A stretch of DNA of 62,179 nt, the filler included, from Choristocarpus tenellus KU-1152 (taxonomy: Eukaryota; Protista; Phaeophyceae): NCBI GenBank assembly GCA_964200185.2. It is 11 parts of 11 records of this genome, joined end to end, with 100 filler letters (N's around TTAATTAATTAA, not from the genome) between each part and the next. Parts side by side here need not be neighbours in the genome. Positions count along the whole stretch, not along the records: positions 22,987 to 30,987 come from CAXNAD020005283.1; positions 31,088 to 33,695 come from CAXNAD020026321.1; positions 33,796 to 37,081 come from CAXNAD020021039.1; positions 37,182 to 40,196 come from CAXNAD020022921.1; 7 more parts are not named here. One strand, written 5' to 3'. The notes beneath the pieces are model-generated. The model did not search any database. It worked only from the letters and a program-made list of their open reading frames with translations, and had not been told where the DNA came from. Below, piece by piece: positions 28,652-40,296 of this stretch (positions within the stretch are counted from its first letter, which is position 1; each line of letters opens with the position of its first letter). Both the position numbers and the translations under genes were made by a program.

Positions 28652-29491
28652 TCAATTCCTGCTTTTTGACTTAGAGATACGGGTGTTACGCTTCTCAGCC
28701 CCTAGCCTCTGACTCCTTAGCATAGCTTGCTGTGTGTACTCCCTCACCTTGCCATCATCCAATGAAGCTAGTGTTCCACCAATAGATGCTAAAAGTCTCC
28801 CTCCCCCACTACTCAAACCTCCAACATCCTGACCATCTCCCCCCACCCCCCCCGCACTTTCAAAGTCAAACAGAGAGACACTTGGTGCATCTCTGGGCGG
28901 TATGTATCCACCATAAATTGCCCTCCCTATCCCAAACTCCTTCCTCAGCAGTGTCTGCTTCCCTCCTATAAGGCGGCCATCCCTCTTTTTACCAGGATCT
29001 GTTCTTCTACTACAACCAATGTTGCCGCCCTTGATATTATCCTTGCTACTAGGCCTGCTCAATGCTATCCTGGAAAGGGCAACTCTAGCATCCCCGCCAG
29101 GTGTCTCAGTACCATGCACAGTACTTGTATTTCCACCTCCCTGTGCACAAACTTGACCTGCCTCCTTTGAATAAGTTGCCCTACCTCCAGTCAATTCTGC
29201 GACGGCTAATAACTCACAGGGAACCTGAATGGCAGCCTGGTGAGCATCTTGCATAATCCCATACAGTGTAGAGTCTTTCCTAACCCTACACATATCGACA
29301 TCTTGACATTCTGCTGGACTTGCAGTGGTGGCAGGGTCGAATCCAGCAGTGTGAGGAGGGGCTGCAATTGTGGATTTATGAACCACATCTAATTTTTCAC
29401 TGGTTTTATTTGTTGGAGTGTCTCCTGAAGCTGTGAGCAGGAAGCGTACATTTGGAAGGCGTGCTTGCGATGGAAGCACCTCGCATGACAT
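28652..29491 (-). CDS. Hypothetical protein, probable terminal exon (279 codons)
   Basis: Long open frame preceded by an acceptor-like CCCCTAG. A possible upstream exon (LQEEEILEVTGPPGSTRVVRLRALDSVMLQ|GTATGG) lies at ~30820-30950. No family recognised. Confidence 0.5.
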   Translation of the reverse strand: MSCEVLPSQARLPNVRFLLTASGDTPTNKTSEKLDVVHKSTIAAPPHTAGFDPATTASPAECQDVDMCRVRKDSTLYGIMQDAHQAAIQVPCELLAVAELTGGRATYSKEAGQVCAQGGGNTSTVHGTETPGGDARVALSRIALSRPSSKDNIKGGNIGCSRRTDPGKKRDGRLIGGKQTLLRKEFGIGRAIYGGYIPPRDAPSVSLFDFESAGGVGGDGQDVGGLSSGGGRLLASIGGTLASLDDGKVREYTQQAMLRSQRLGAEKRNTRISKSKSRN

Positions 29492-30987
29492 CTAGGGGAA
29501 CATGTTTTTAGGCAAGGGTTTGAGAAAAGGGGGGAACGGGATCTGTGTTGAAACACTGAGTGTGAGACAAAAAATATAGACATGTATTACCAAGCTTTGC
29601 ATCATTGACAGCAGAGTAAAATCATATAAATGGTATTTTCACTTTTGTTTTTTAAATCATGGAGGATCAACAATCTCCGCAAAAAAGGTGTTGCTTGGGC
29701 TCAAATCTGAGCCATGCCTCTTAATTGATGCACAGTTAGGGGACATAAGGCAATAAACAACGTGCATGCCTCAATAAACCTTTACATCACAGTTGAGCCA
29801 GAATGGTGAACTTGACCTGCAAAATACCTTTTGCTACAACAGTGTCGACATTGCTATACCTCCAAATTCTACGAATCCGTGTTAAGGGTCTGCAGAAATG
29901 TGACCTAATATGAAGCATACCTTGGAGCGACCTCCATGTAAAAAGCACAAGGGCACAAGATGGTAGCTAGAAATCCATCTGATCACACATCCTCTTTTTT
30001 TTGGCACAAGGCTTCTAACTCACAATAGTAGCAACAATGATCATAAGATCAAGGCTAGAAATGCACATCCCTGTATGTGCCTGCAGAAAAATGGAACTAT
30101 TTCCAGCCTTGTGAACATATCACACTAGACCTCTAGCACTACGGAGTTAACATCGACTACCTTGGAGTCAGTTGCGTTGACCAAGTCAAGCAATGATACC
30201 AAGGACCCATATCAATGTCACCAAGTCTTTTCATTTCTGCAATCAACGGAAAACCTCAACAAACTGGCGTGAACCTCACCAAATATGTCGCTACCATACT
30301 CTAAACTAGAGCTTGCAAATCCAATAGAGCGTGTTGAATAGCTAACGTAACAAATCATATGTAAAGAGAGTCATTTTGCTCCATCAAATACACACACTCC
30401 TTTAGCCCCAGCCACTTTGCGTTGTAGATCAGTCTGAGCAAACTTTACCATTTGATCTTATCCCCTACCAGTCTCTTGCAACAGCTACTTTTATACTTCT
30501 TATAATACTGGTGATCAAGACCAAACGATACAGGTGCTAGCTGCAGTAGTTTGGAGGTCTTAAATGTGAAATGGACTATTGCATCACAGGAATACAGCTA
30601 AGGTACAAATAACACCTCAAAGGAGAGCTGATATTGATGGCAAAAAATATTATTGCCTCTTCACCATTGTCCTGAAACATTAAAAGTGTGTCAAGAATTC
30701 ATTTGAGAAAAAAGCCCAGGTCACACTACTTTGTGAAGGAAAATCTGACAGTTTTCATGCCAAAAATAACTACCACCAGAGTTTGCTAGGTATATGTATC
30801 AGGTGCGCACTATCCATACCTGCAACATGACGCTGTCAAGAGCCCTGAGTCTCACTACCCTGGTAGAGCCAGGAGGCCCTGTAACTTCCAAAATCTCTTC
30901 TTCTTGAAGGCTGGATCCACTGCTTCCTCCCCCCCCCCCCCCGTTTAGGCACCCTTGCCCCCGCCGCTACTGCCCTGTTGGTTTGGC

Positions 30988-31087
30988 NNNNNNNNNNNNN
31001 NNNNNNNNNNNNNNNNNNNNNNNNNNNNNNNTTAATTAATTAANNNNNNNNNNNNNNNNNNNNNNNNNNNNNNNNNNNNNNNNNNNN
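30988..31087. other. Artificial contig spacer
   Basis: N44-TTAATTAATTAA-N44. Confidence 0.98.
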
Positions 31088-31490
31088 GGGGACATATCCT
31101 TCTATTGCTACAATTGGTTCAAAAAGGTGAGGAAAAGGAGTTTTTTTTTGCCCTTCTGTTTGTTGCCCAGTTCTTCTGGAGTCTCTTGCCTGCAGATCTG
31201 ATGTAGTTGGCACTATTTTCAATTTGTTTGAAGCATGCTGTATGTCATGTGTGACACCACCCTCTCTTCCCCTCTCCTTCTTCAAACACAATTTTGGAGG
31301 ACCACTTCATTTTTTATAATGAGAGATTTATTTGCACAGATAATTTATGGATGAGTTTTTTTATTTCAAATCATTTGTACGCACAACACAAGTGTGACTC
31401 TGAAAAACCTGTACATACTACTGTGCTCTAGAGCATTAATGCATCACCTCTTGACAATCTTCCCTTCACTTCATCCTTTTTTTCCAATAG

Positions 31491-33639
31491 GCTGTTGTAG
31501 AATCGCTGTTTCCTGAGGAGATCCAGGCAGATCCTGCAGATTTGCTGGCAAAGAACGGCCCATGGGTATACGAGCTGTTTGCTGTGTTGATCCACTCAGG
31601 AAGTGCACTTGGGGGACACTACTATGCTCACATCAAATCCCTTGATGATGGAAGTAAGGAGAAAAGAGAGCATATTTGATACCTATTTCCAATTTAACAT
31701 CCTGAGTTGACAGCATTATAGTAATACGAGACCCTTGCTCTTTCTGGAGTCATATCTGTAACCCTCCAGAACATGGAAATATCTATTAACAATTTCTGTT
31801 GTCTGAGTAGTCTACTGTTGAGTGCAAGTATAATAACATGCCATCGCACTCTTCATAATTTGTCTTGTTATATTTTGGAGGATCTCCTGCACGACTGATT
31901 ACTTGCCCACCTTGATGTGCTTTGTTCTTTTTTGTTTTGTTGGAGGGTGCAGGGTGGTATACTTTCAATGACAGTCATGTCACGCCTATAATGGAGTCTG
32001 TTGTCAAGGAGACATGGGGGGGCAAGTGGGGGTGCGGGACTGGAGGGTCTAGGTGGATCAACAGTGCTGCCAATGCCTATATGGTAATGTACAGGAAGGT
32101 GGGTTTGGGAGAGGGGCGGGGGCAGTCTTACTGCAATATTTTCTCTTTTGATAAGGCTCGTTTGCATCAGGATTGGGTGCTCTCTGTTGGTGGTTGTTGT
32201 AGAGACACTGATTGGTACCCAAGGCTTTATGCTGATTAAGATTGAAGGTGAGGGATTAAGAATTGAATTTTATTCTGAGTGATGTGCAGGGGGATTATTG
32301 TATACATCTACTATTTTTCTTTTTCTTCTGCTCAGCTTGAGTGAAGCGTGACAGGAAGGAGAATATCTTGTATCCCTAACTCTCAATATGCAAAACAGAA
32401 TATCCCCTACCGATTTGCACAAATACCCTGTGCATCATTGTTAGATTATGGAAACCGTGATAATGAGGGGTTAGTCTGATACGGCTTAAGTCCTCTGGAT
32501 ACCTCCTACCCCCACCTCCACTCTCATCCACTCTTTCTCTCTCCTCTCTCGCCTGCACCAATCCGTTTCCCACTATTTACTTTCTGGTTTTCTGATCTCT
32601 AACATGATATAATGTGATGTTTGATAGCATAATATTCCAATTATGGTCTTATCCTCCTTCCTATCCACCATCTGTCCTCCACTCTTGATTTTTAAAGTAT
32701 AGATTAACTTGTCCCTTATCCTTTAAAATAACAATATAACAGGTGGACCCTCTCAAGAACCAGCGACATGTGACTCTGGAAGACGTCCCAAGTCATGTTA
32801 GGGAGCAGGCCATGGCGGAGAATGAGAAACTCAGGGAAAGGTCACGGGCAGCTACAGCACGAGCTGATGCCCTTGCCTCTAGGTTGACCCTCAAGTTCAG
32901 GCTGGAGGATGGTCGGGAAGATTCCATCTTGACCAACAAACACAAGCCCCTGTCAGTGGTTGTGGACCAGGTGGCTGAAAAGTTTGGACTGCAAGCAACA
33001 GCCAACTTTCCATTGGCTACAGAGCACTCTGTTGCTGGGTCTGGTGGCTCTGGTGGCTCTGGTTCCAAGGAAGGGGAGGAGAGTAGATGGGGTAACATAA
33101 GGAAGGAGGGTGATGTGGAGAGTGGTGAGGGTGACACTGACCGGGAAACACAGGATGGGTCCAGGAGTGATGATTGGAGTGTTGAGCCAGCAGCCACATT
33201 GGTGCCCACAGGAGCCACAACAGTAGTCACAGAATCCAAGGCGTCAGCAAAGTGTGGACGGGCGCCTTTTGGGGGTGGTGTAGTGAATACGGGGGCTGAG
33301 GTTGGGGTAGAAATAGGAACCAGTGCTGTACCACCCCTTGTGTCTGCATCTCCACCAATGCGCCTCATTCGTCTCCGTGATTACAAGACCAGCCAAAAAC
33401 TCCCGTGGGAGCCATACAGCGACGAGAGCCGTACCCCATCTGAGCTGAATATATGTATGGGAAAGATCCTCTGGGTGGAAACACGCCTGCCTGGAGAGGA
33501 ATGGCCCACTTTCTCTGCAAAAGACTCAGTGGTTACTGTGGTAAGGTTCCGCCATCAACAAAGTTTGACTAAAGAAAGCAATGAGAAGATGGGGGTGGAT
33601 AGAGTTGGAGAAAAAAGGGAGGAACTAGCATTTAAGCAG
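31491..33639 (+). CDS. USP47: Ubiquitin carboxyl-terminal hydrolase (peptidase C19), USP47-like; internal exons
   Basis: Phase-consistent exons: 31491-31653 (His box [24 protein letters not shown]); 31953-32098 ([24 protein letters not shown]); 32743-~33540/33639 (VDP.KN, then ubiquitin-like segments and IRLRDY). End of the last exon is uncertain. Confidence 0.88.
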
Positions 33640-33695
33640 GTGAGGCATGAGGGGGAAGGGGAGGGAGGGGAGGGAGGGGGGAGAGGTATACGGGC

Positions 33696-33795
33696 NNNNN
33701 NNNNNNNNNNNNNNNNNNNNNNNNNNNNNNNNNNNNNNNTTAATTAATTAANNNNNNNNNNNNNNNNNNNNNNNNNNNNNNNNNNNNNNNNNNNN
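33696..33795. other. Artificial contig spacer
   Basis: N44-TTAATTAATTAA-N44. Confidence 0.98.
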
Positions 33796-35219
33796 CCCCC
33801 CCCAGATACTTCGAGTCAAAGCTAATTTCGTTACGGGGTTTAGAATTTGGGTAATCATGAAGAAGTTTCTGAGATCTGGGAAACTTCTCCTGAAATGTTA
33901 CAGAGTGCCATCATGCTTCTTGCTCTTGATGCTTGCAAGGGGCAAAGATGTGACGGGACTTCTGGAAACTGGGGACAACAGTGTATCAAAGAGGGTTATG
34001 ATCTCCCTTACTTCGCTTCCCTATTGAGCACTCCTCTATTATTCTTGGGGCATATTGAAGTGGTTTGAGAGCTGTTGGCTGGGTGCTGTGGTAAATCATG
34101 GGCTACAAACGCACAACACTGTGTCTCGAAATTTCGGAATGATGTTGGGAATGTCACTATGTGAAAAATGTTCAAGAGATTCTGGGAACTGGGGAATAAA
34201 CAGTCTTCAAGGACATGTAAGAACTATATGTCACACTGTTCAAAATAATGTAATTCAAGTGCAAAACATAGGTTACAAAACAGCTGTTGTGATATGGGAC
34301 AGATTGTGAAGCAATCAAGAGAATCTTACTTTTCTAGTTGGTTACTGTAAATTGAAGTATCCTGCTGATACTACTATGCAGGGGTGATTCAAGAGTTTCT
34401 GGTACCTGGAGCACAGATTTCGTATGTTGGGGGAGGACACGCAAAAATATCTTGTACTCCATTCGAAATTCGCCTTTGTGCTCAAATGGGTGACATTTTC
34501 TTAAGCTTGGTGAAAGAGATGCCAGGAGGCGGACAGACCATTCAGTGTTCACCCTGATAGTTTATTTTCCTCCCCCATTCACATTACGGCCCAGGAGGAG
34601 GGGCTTACAGAAGTGGCCAATCTGCTCTGTTGGGGGTTTGCGCACACGTTAAAATATTTATTATCTGAGGATTTTTGCTTTTCGTTCTCCTACTACATGA
34701 GATTCTTATAATCAGTCCAATCAGAAAGAAGAGTAGTGCTTAGAATGTCTGCTTTGCTGGGGGTAGCTGGGATGACGTTGCTCACTTGGCTTCTGGGAGG
34801 AGTCAGAAACCGAGAACTCTTTACTTGCCATGAAAGGAACAACAGTGTTCCCAAAGTTATTAAACAATGACAACAGTGCGAGGGGATGAAGGTGGGATAT
34901 TGGGAGAGTTGTACAGTTGATCTCCTACAGGGAGGTCACACCTACCTGCTAGTATTTTTTTTCAGGATTTTCTATTTTTGGGACGAGTATCTGTGATTGC
35001 GGGGGCGAGAGCCAGTACTGGTACCAGGCAGACAGGTTGAGAGATGGACCAGGCAGACAGGAATTACTCGGGTTTTAAGGTATGTATCAGAGAGGGACTC
35101 AAAAGGGAAAGTAATCCGAGTGTGAGAATTCCAAGCGGTAGATACGTAGATGAAGGTATGTCTTCAGAGGAGAAAAAGAAACGATAGGGAGGGTAGACGG
35201 AAAATTGAAGACTGGATGA

Positions 35220-35620
35220 CTGGAAGGTGGACAGTATAATTGAGAGAAGTTAACGGGAAATGAGCGAGGCAAGAAGGATCGGGGAAGAAATGGAAAGATT
35301 CAAAGGCTAAGGTAGGAGGACAAGAGGGGGCAGGATCAGGGCAACCTCAGAGGCAATCTTTCCCATCCGCCCACCCTCTCAATTGCTCTCTACTGAGTGG
35401 GGTATTGGGGGGGGTGAAGGAGTTCAAGCTCGGATAGGGTAGATGTCTTCTAGCTCAAAGGCACAGTATGGGAGTGGATGGTTGGGGGGTGTTGCTGGGT
35501 GAACGTGCAGTGCTGTAGAGTGGTGTCGAGTGTTGTGGAGGAGTGGGGGGTGTTTTAGAATGTGGCTGAGGAAGGTGGAGTGTCGCGAATGGTAGTAGAG
35601 CGGTTAGGGAGGAGTGTGGG
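35220..35620 (-). repeat. Dispersed repeat, homologous to ~8240-8600 (possibly part of a larger retroelement)
   Basis: Shared core with 8363-8420. Purine-rich flanks also align loosely. Confidence 0.6.
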
Positions 35621-36220
35621 GGGAGTGGATTTGGAGAAATTGGCTGCATTGGTTGGTGAGTGGATAGGCGGAAATTGGCCGCATAGTTTGTGGGGTAACA
35701 CGGATAGTGTGGGAAGGTTGATTTGCTAAGGAGGAAGTAACGTAATGTTGGTTAAGGAGGAGGAGTGCGGATGGAAGACTAAGACGAGGCTAACTAATTA
35801 AACCACATTTCACTGGAAGAACCAATTCTGGAAAAAATCGCGAAATGAAAGAAAAAATACTGAATCAGTCCATATTGCCAAATGTTGTGATACATGTGGT
35901 TCTTAATTGGTTGTCTAAAATTTCAATAAAATATAATTCATAAAGGGTGTTTCTTTGTTCAGTCCATGGGCAATCAAGAATTTTGCAAACTAGCCCTGGA
36001 GTATATTATTTGCATCAAATTAGACTGAGGAATCCAAGACCTGTGGTAGAAGAGGTGGAAGGCAAAACACGCACTTTGAGAAAAGGCAACACGGACTACA
36101 AAAAAATATAGATCAGTGGAAGAAAAAGAGGAGTAGAAACCCTCGGGAGAAAAACAGCTTCTCCCGAAAACAGAAGGGCAAGAGAAGAAAGGAAAAGAGT
36201 AAAGGGTGCAAGAGAAATTA

Positions 36221-36396
36221 GCTCAAAATATCTGGGGGGGGGGGTGGCGGCTGTCCATTTGGAGTCAATTTTTTCATGTCGCGATTTTTGGGTGATTTGG
36301 TTCCATACGTTGGATGGATTATGTGAATGTATTTTTCCTGATTTTACCCAAATGGACACCCTGACGTAGATCCCCTCCCCCCAGATACTTTGGGCC
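36221..36396. mobile_element. MITE family B, full length (~175 bp), TSD ATTA
   Basis: gctcaaaatatct-G11-tggcggctg...ccccccagatactttgggcc. Confidence 0.9.
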
Positions 36397-36446
36397 ATTA
36401 ATCCCCCCAAAAATAGCATTCAGCACACAGATATGGTGGTGGTGGC

Positions 36447-36632
36447 GACTCAAAGTATCTGGGGGAGGGGGGAGGGTCTACACCAGGGTGTCCATTTGGA
36501 CCAAAATAAGGAAAAGTGTATTTACATTTACATTATCCATCCGACATATGCAACCAATTCACCCAAAAATCGCGACATGAAAAAATTGACCCCAAATGGA
36601 CAGCCGCCGCCACCCCCCAGATAGTTTGATCC
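36447..36632. mobile_element. MITE family B, full length, inverted relative to its neighbour
   Basis: gactcaaagtatctgggggagggg...ccccccagatagtttgatcc. Inserted in a (TGG)n run. Confidence 0.9.
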
Positions 36633-36689
36633 TGGTGGTGGCTTCGGTGACTTTACTTGCTAATTTGGTGTATCATACATTAGCTATCA

Positions 36690-37081
36690 CGCCTTCCTTG
36701 GAACAACATTCAGCCATGAGCCTCATTGTGCCATCAAAAACACAATTTCCACTCCTCTTGGCTAGGTTCTCGTGCTCCATCCCTCAACTCCAACCCTAAA
36801 CTTGTCGAGGTCACCTTGGAGGCATGTCTACAAGTTTTCCTCCTGTCCAACTTGCTTCCGTTTTACATCTGCACACTACCCAAACACAAATATCTCAGGG
36901 ACGTGATTATACCCCATGCGAGGAACTTACCCAATAAATATAATCCTCTGCTTATACATTGTTGCCTTAGTACTCTCACACCGAGTCTTCATAAGACCAA
37001 CTTTGTAGAATAGGACATAATGAGTGCATTCCCATGTAACAGTCTCTCACCAAAATTGAGGATGGAGCATACTATGGAGGA
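36690..37081 (-). mobile_element. Non-LTR retrotransposon (RTE-like LINE) 3' ORF fragment, degenerate
   Basis: LMKTRCESTKATMYKQRIIFIG.V.RM..NHVPEIFVFG..KRKQVGQEENL.TCLQGDLDKF..EGW matches the post-RT C-terminal pattern of RTE-clade LINEs. Confidence 0.65.
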
Positions 37082-37181
37082 NNNNNNNNNNNNNNNNNNN
37101 NNNNNNNNNNNNNNNNNNNNNNNNNTTAATTAATTAANNNNNNNNNNNNNNNNNNNNNNNNNNNNNNNNNNNNNNNNNNNN
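37082..37181. other. Artificial contig spacer
   Basis: N44-TTAATTAATTAA-N44. Confidence 0.98.
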
Positions 37182-39109
37182 TAACCAGTAAAATTCTCGT
37201 CCATCGTGTATTGACTTGAGAATTCGTATTTACGGTTATCGTACTCCTTTGCATAGTCTGTATATCATGCATTGCCGTCATGTCATAACCTATCGTTTCA
37301 GTAAAGAGATCATCGTGTGTATGTGTGGTACAGATCATGGCCAAAATTTTGTTTGTTTGTTTGTTTGTTTAATGGTGTGTTTGTGCACTTATTATTAAGA
37401 CTACTGTCTCTTGGCCAGATCTCATAGTACCCACATACTATAATCCTTTACATAGGTTGTCCATCTAGTTTACACAAATCGTGTGTGTGTCATTTTGTCA
37501 TAGATGGGTATAGTCTATCGTTTTGTGAAGAGATGAGATAACTGGTAACAGATGTCAGTTTACCTGTTCAAGTCCAGCTCTAACTTGGCATATCGTGTTT
37601 ACCAGGTTTATCAATCCTTGCAAATAGACTATGCATAAATGTTGGTGGATTTAGATAAATTAATAATACAATTAATTTTATCTCTCAACTCTCCTCGTTT
37701 TGCATGAGTGGACACATGCGGTGGAGAAGAGACCGTTATCACTGGGCACATTATATATTAGCGCGCGTGTGCTAAAGGTGGCTGTTCATTACATCATGTC
37801 ACGTTTTCATGAAATGGATTTATTGATCATCAGGAAATGACTAATCCCACCCTAAAATAAAAAAAAAATGATTGAAGGTTCAAGTCTACCACCAGGTAAG
37901 AGTTGGAGACTTCAGGTATATCACACATTTATTTATTTATTTTTTCATGTGGCATGATCCCCCCGACATGATGTAATGACCGTAAAGCCACCTCGTATCG
38001 TTTTAGGAGAGTTGAGCCACCAACATCGTACGTCCGAGTTGTCCACTTGGAATATTGATGTCGTGAACAATATTCCAATCGAAGTCAGAATTGAGGAAGA
38101 AGAATGGGTACACACATTTGATCTCGTCGTTTGCTGTGTTGATTTGATCATGTAACACGCAATGTTGTTTTCACGCATCGGAGTGGTGATCAAATCATCG
38201 TATAACACCCGTATAGCAATGTCGAATCACAAACATTAGTCAAATCGTTTTGTTGACATTGTGTATAGTGCTTGCTCCTCGTATCCCCATTCTGAGTGTA
38301 TCCTATGTTTTATACAAGATACTAGCGACCCTGTATGCTGGCCACATATACCTCTCGCCTCGTCTTTAGGCTGATTGATATGCTGACCCCATACTCTCAG
38401 ACCTCGTAAGCTTGATTGGTGTGCTGACCACACACCATTAACCTTTAGGCCATGTTATCCCGATCAGATATACATCGTGAGCCTCGTTTATATTGTATAC
38501 TTCATTTTGTATGAATAGAGTCGTGTAATATAATGGTGCAATAGTATACTAACATTCACACATGTTTCCCATTTCGCTCCCAGAGCTCACCTTTTGGTTG
38601 ACCTTGAATCATGTTTACATGGCTTCAAGGCCGATCGGAAGGGGGGGTGGTGTGGAAAGCATGTTTGCCTCTTATTCTAGCGTTATTGCAGTATACTATA
38701 CACCGTTATACCGTGGTACCGATTGAGGTTCCCACTCAAGAGTCCATGATTTCACGGACAGACTTTCTGTCAGAATGAAACCATGGAATTTCTTCATGTG
38801 ACCAATCCCATAGACTTGGGACAGCTCGTCATTCAGAGTTGTTACACATGGAAGATCCGTTTTATTCTCACGTCTCGACTGATGATGAAGCCCCATCTCG
38901 ATGGTGCTCATCTCTCCTCAATTTGCACTTACTTATCCAACCTTAACCTCGTACCTTCGGTCACGGTTCGTCCTTGTTCGTGTGGTCCTTCTTGCCTGGT
39001 GATTTTCTTCACCACCCTTCCTTGCCTGAGTGAACCACGCCGCAACAGAATAACACAATTCACAAAATATTATTAAAAAATTACAACTTGAATACAAAAT
39101 ATATGGTTG

Positions 39110-39322
39110 GGAGGTAAGGAAAAGGAGAAGATCACTCAGGAAAAGAGTGAACAAGTGGAAAGTGATTGAGGGGAGTTTGGAAGGTCCTCTTGAACCACCC
39201 GCTATTTACTTTAAGCAGATGTTACTTTCAACATGCAAAAGCAAATACCATATCAATATCAGATTCTTCAAGATAGGTTACCTTCAAAAGGTATTCCTTC
39301 TTTGGAAGATGGATCTCACATG
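39110..39322 (+). repeat. Dispersed decayed coding module, copy 3
   Basis: RRSLRKRVNKWKVIEGSLEGPLEPPAIYFKQMLLSTCK..RFFKIGYL/KGIPSLEDGSH. Confidence 0.75.
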
Positions 39323-39666
39323 TGTTTGGTGTTTAGATGAGTGAGGTGATTTTTGACTTCAAGATGTATTTTGACATTTTTTCGTCAAGAGTAAAATATA
39401 AAAATAGTGAGGTTTAGTATTAGACAAGAGTAGAGCAAGGAAAAGTGGAACCTTGAATGAAAATACACAGATTATTTTTTCCTACTCACGTTTTGTTGGA
39501 TCACTTTCTCCTGAGAGTTCGTAGAGAGCAAACTGTTTTTTGGGCAAGATCCACCCTTCATCAGTTTCATTTTTGTTACGATCGTCAACACTCGAGGTTG
39601 TGCAGAGACTTCCACAACATCGGGAGAAGGAGTAGATGGAGTCCCCTCTCCGTCCCCATATAAAAT

Positions 39667-40149
39667 GTGATGGATAATTGTGTCTTGGGTTGGAGAGGCT
39701 CTTCGCTCAGGTCTCGACATCTGGAAAGAGAAGACTACAGAATCTTCGGACATGGGATTAAGGTCCTTCAGCCAGAACCAATCGTGTATGCTGCCCTGTC
39801 CATGAAGGAAGACCTGAAAGACCTGAAGAAGGAGAAGCGACTCGTAGAGTCGACGAAATCGCACGTATATGAGGCGGGCAAGGGCTGGCTCCGAATAATG
39901 GCAGAAGGACCAGATTTGGAAGTGCACCCTGCGTTGGCAGTAGACTTCCTTCTACGAACATCTGCGGGCGGTGAGTTCGTTTGCGATGGTATTTCTAAAC
40001 TTACTTGGGAGGTACCAGATTGTGACGACATGTATCGCACAGCGCAGAGGAAACATGTGCACGACGAGATTCCTAACCATACATCTACCGACCAGGTCCG
40101 ATCCGTCTGGAGCCCTATGAAATACATCAAAGGGAGATCGGTAGTATGA
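39667..40149 (+). CDS. Hypothetical protein or exon (160 codons)
   Basis: Protein-like composition, downstream of module copy 3. No motif recognised. Confidence 0.3.
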   Translation: MMDNCVLGWRGSSLRSRHLEREDYRIFGHGIKVLQPEPIVYAALSMKEDLKDLKKEKRLVESTKSHVYEAGKGWLRIMAEGPDLEVHPALAVDFLLRTSAGGEFVCDGISKLTWEVPDCDDMYRTAQRKHVHDEIPNHTSTDQVRSVWSPMKYIKGRSVV

Positions 40150-40158
40150 TGTTCCTAC

Positions 40159-40196
40159 GACTCAAAGTATCAGGGGGGGGGGGTGGTTTGTGAGGG
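40159..40196. mobile_element. MITE family C end fragment at contig end
   Basis: gactcaaagtatca-G11-tggtttgtgaggg. Confidence 0.7.
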
Positions 40197-40296
40197 NNNN
40201 NNNNNNNNNNNNNNNNNNNNNNNNNNNNNNNNNNNNNNNNTTAATTAATTAANNNNNNNNNNNNNNNNNNNNNNNNNNNNNNNNNNNNNNNNNNNN
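40197..40296. other. Artificial contig spacer
   Basis: N44-TTAATTAATTAA-N44. Confidence 0.98.

Noticed and set aside
32793-33368. 191-aa minus-strand ORF, and similar antisense ORFs over SF3B2 and the ankyrin gene
   Set aside because: Antisense shadows of real GC-rich exons.
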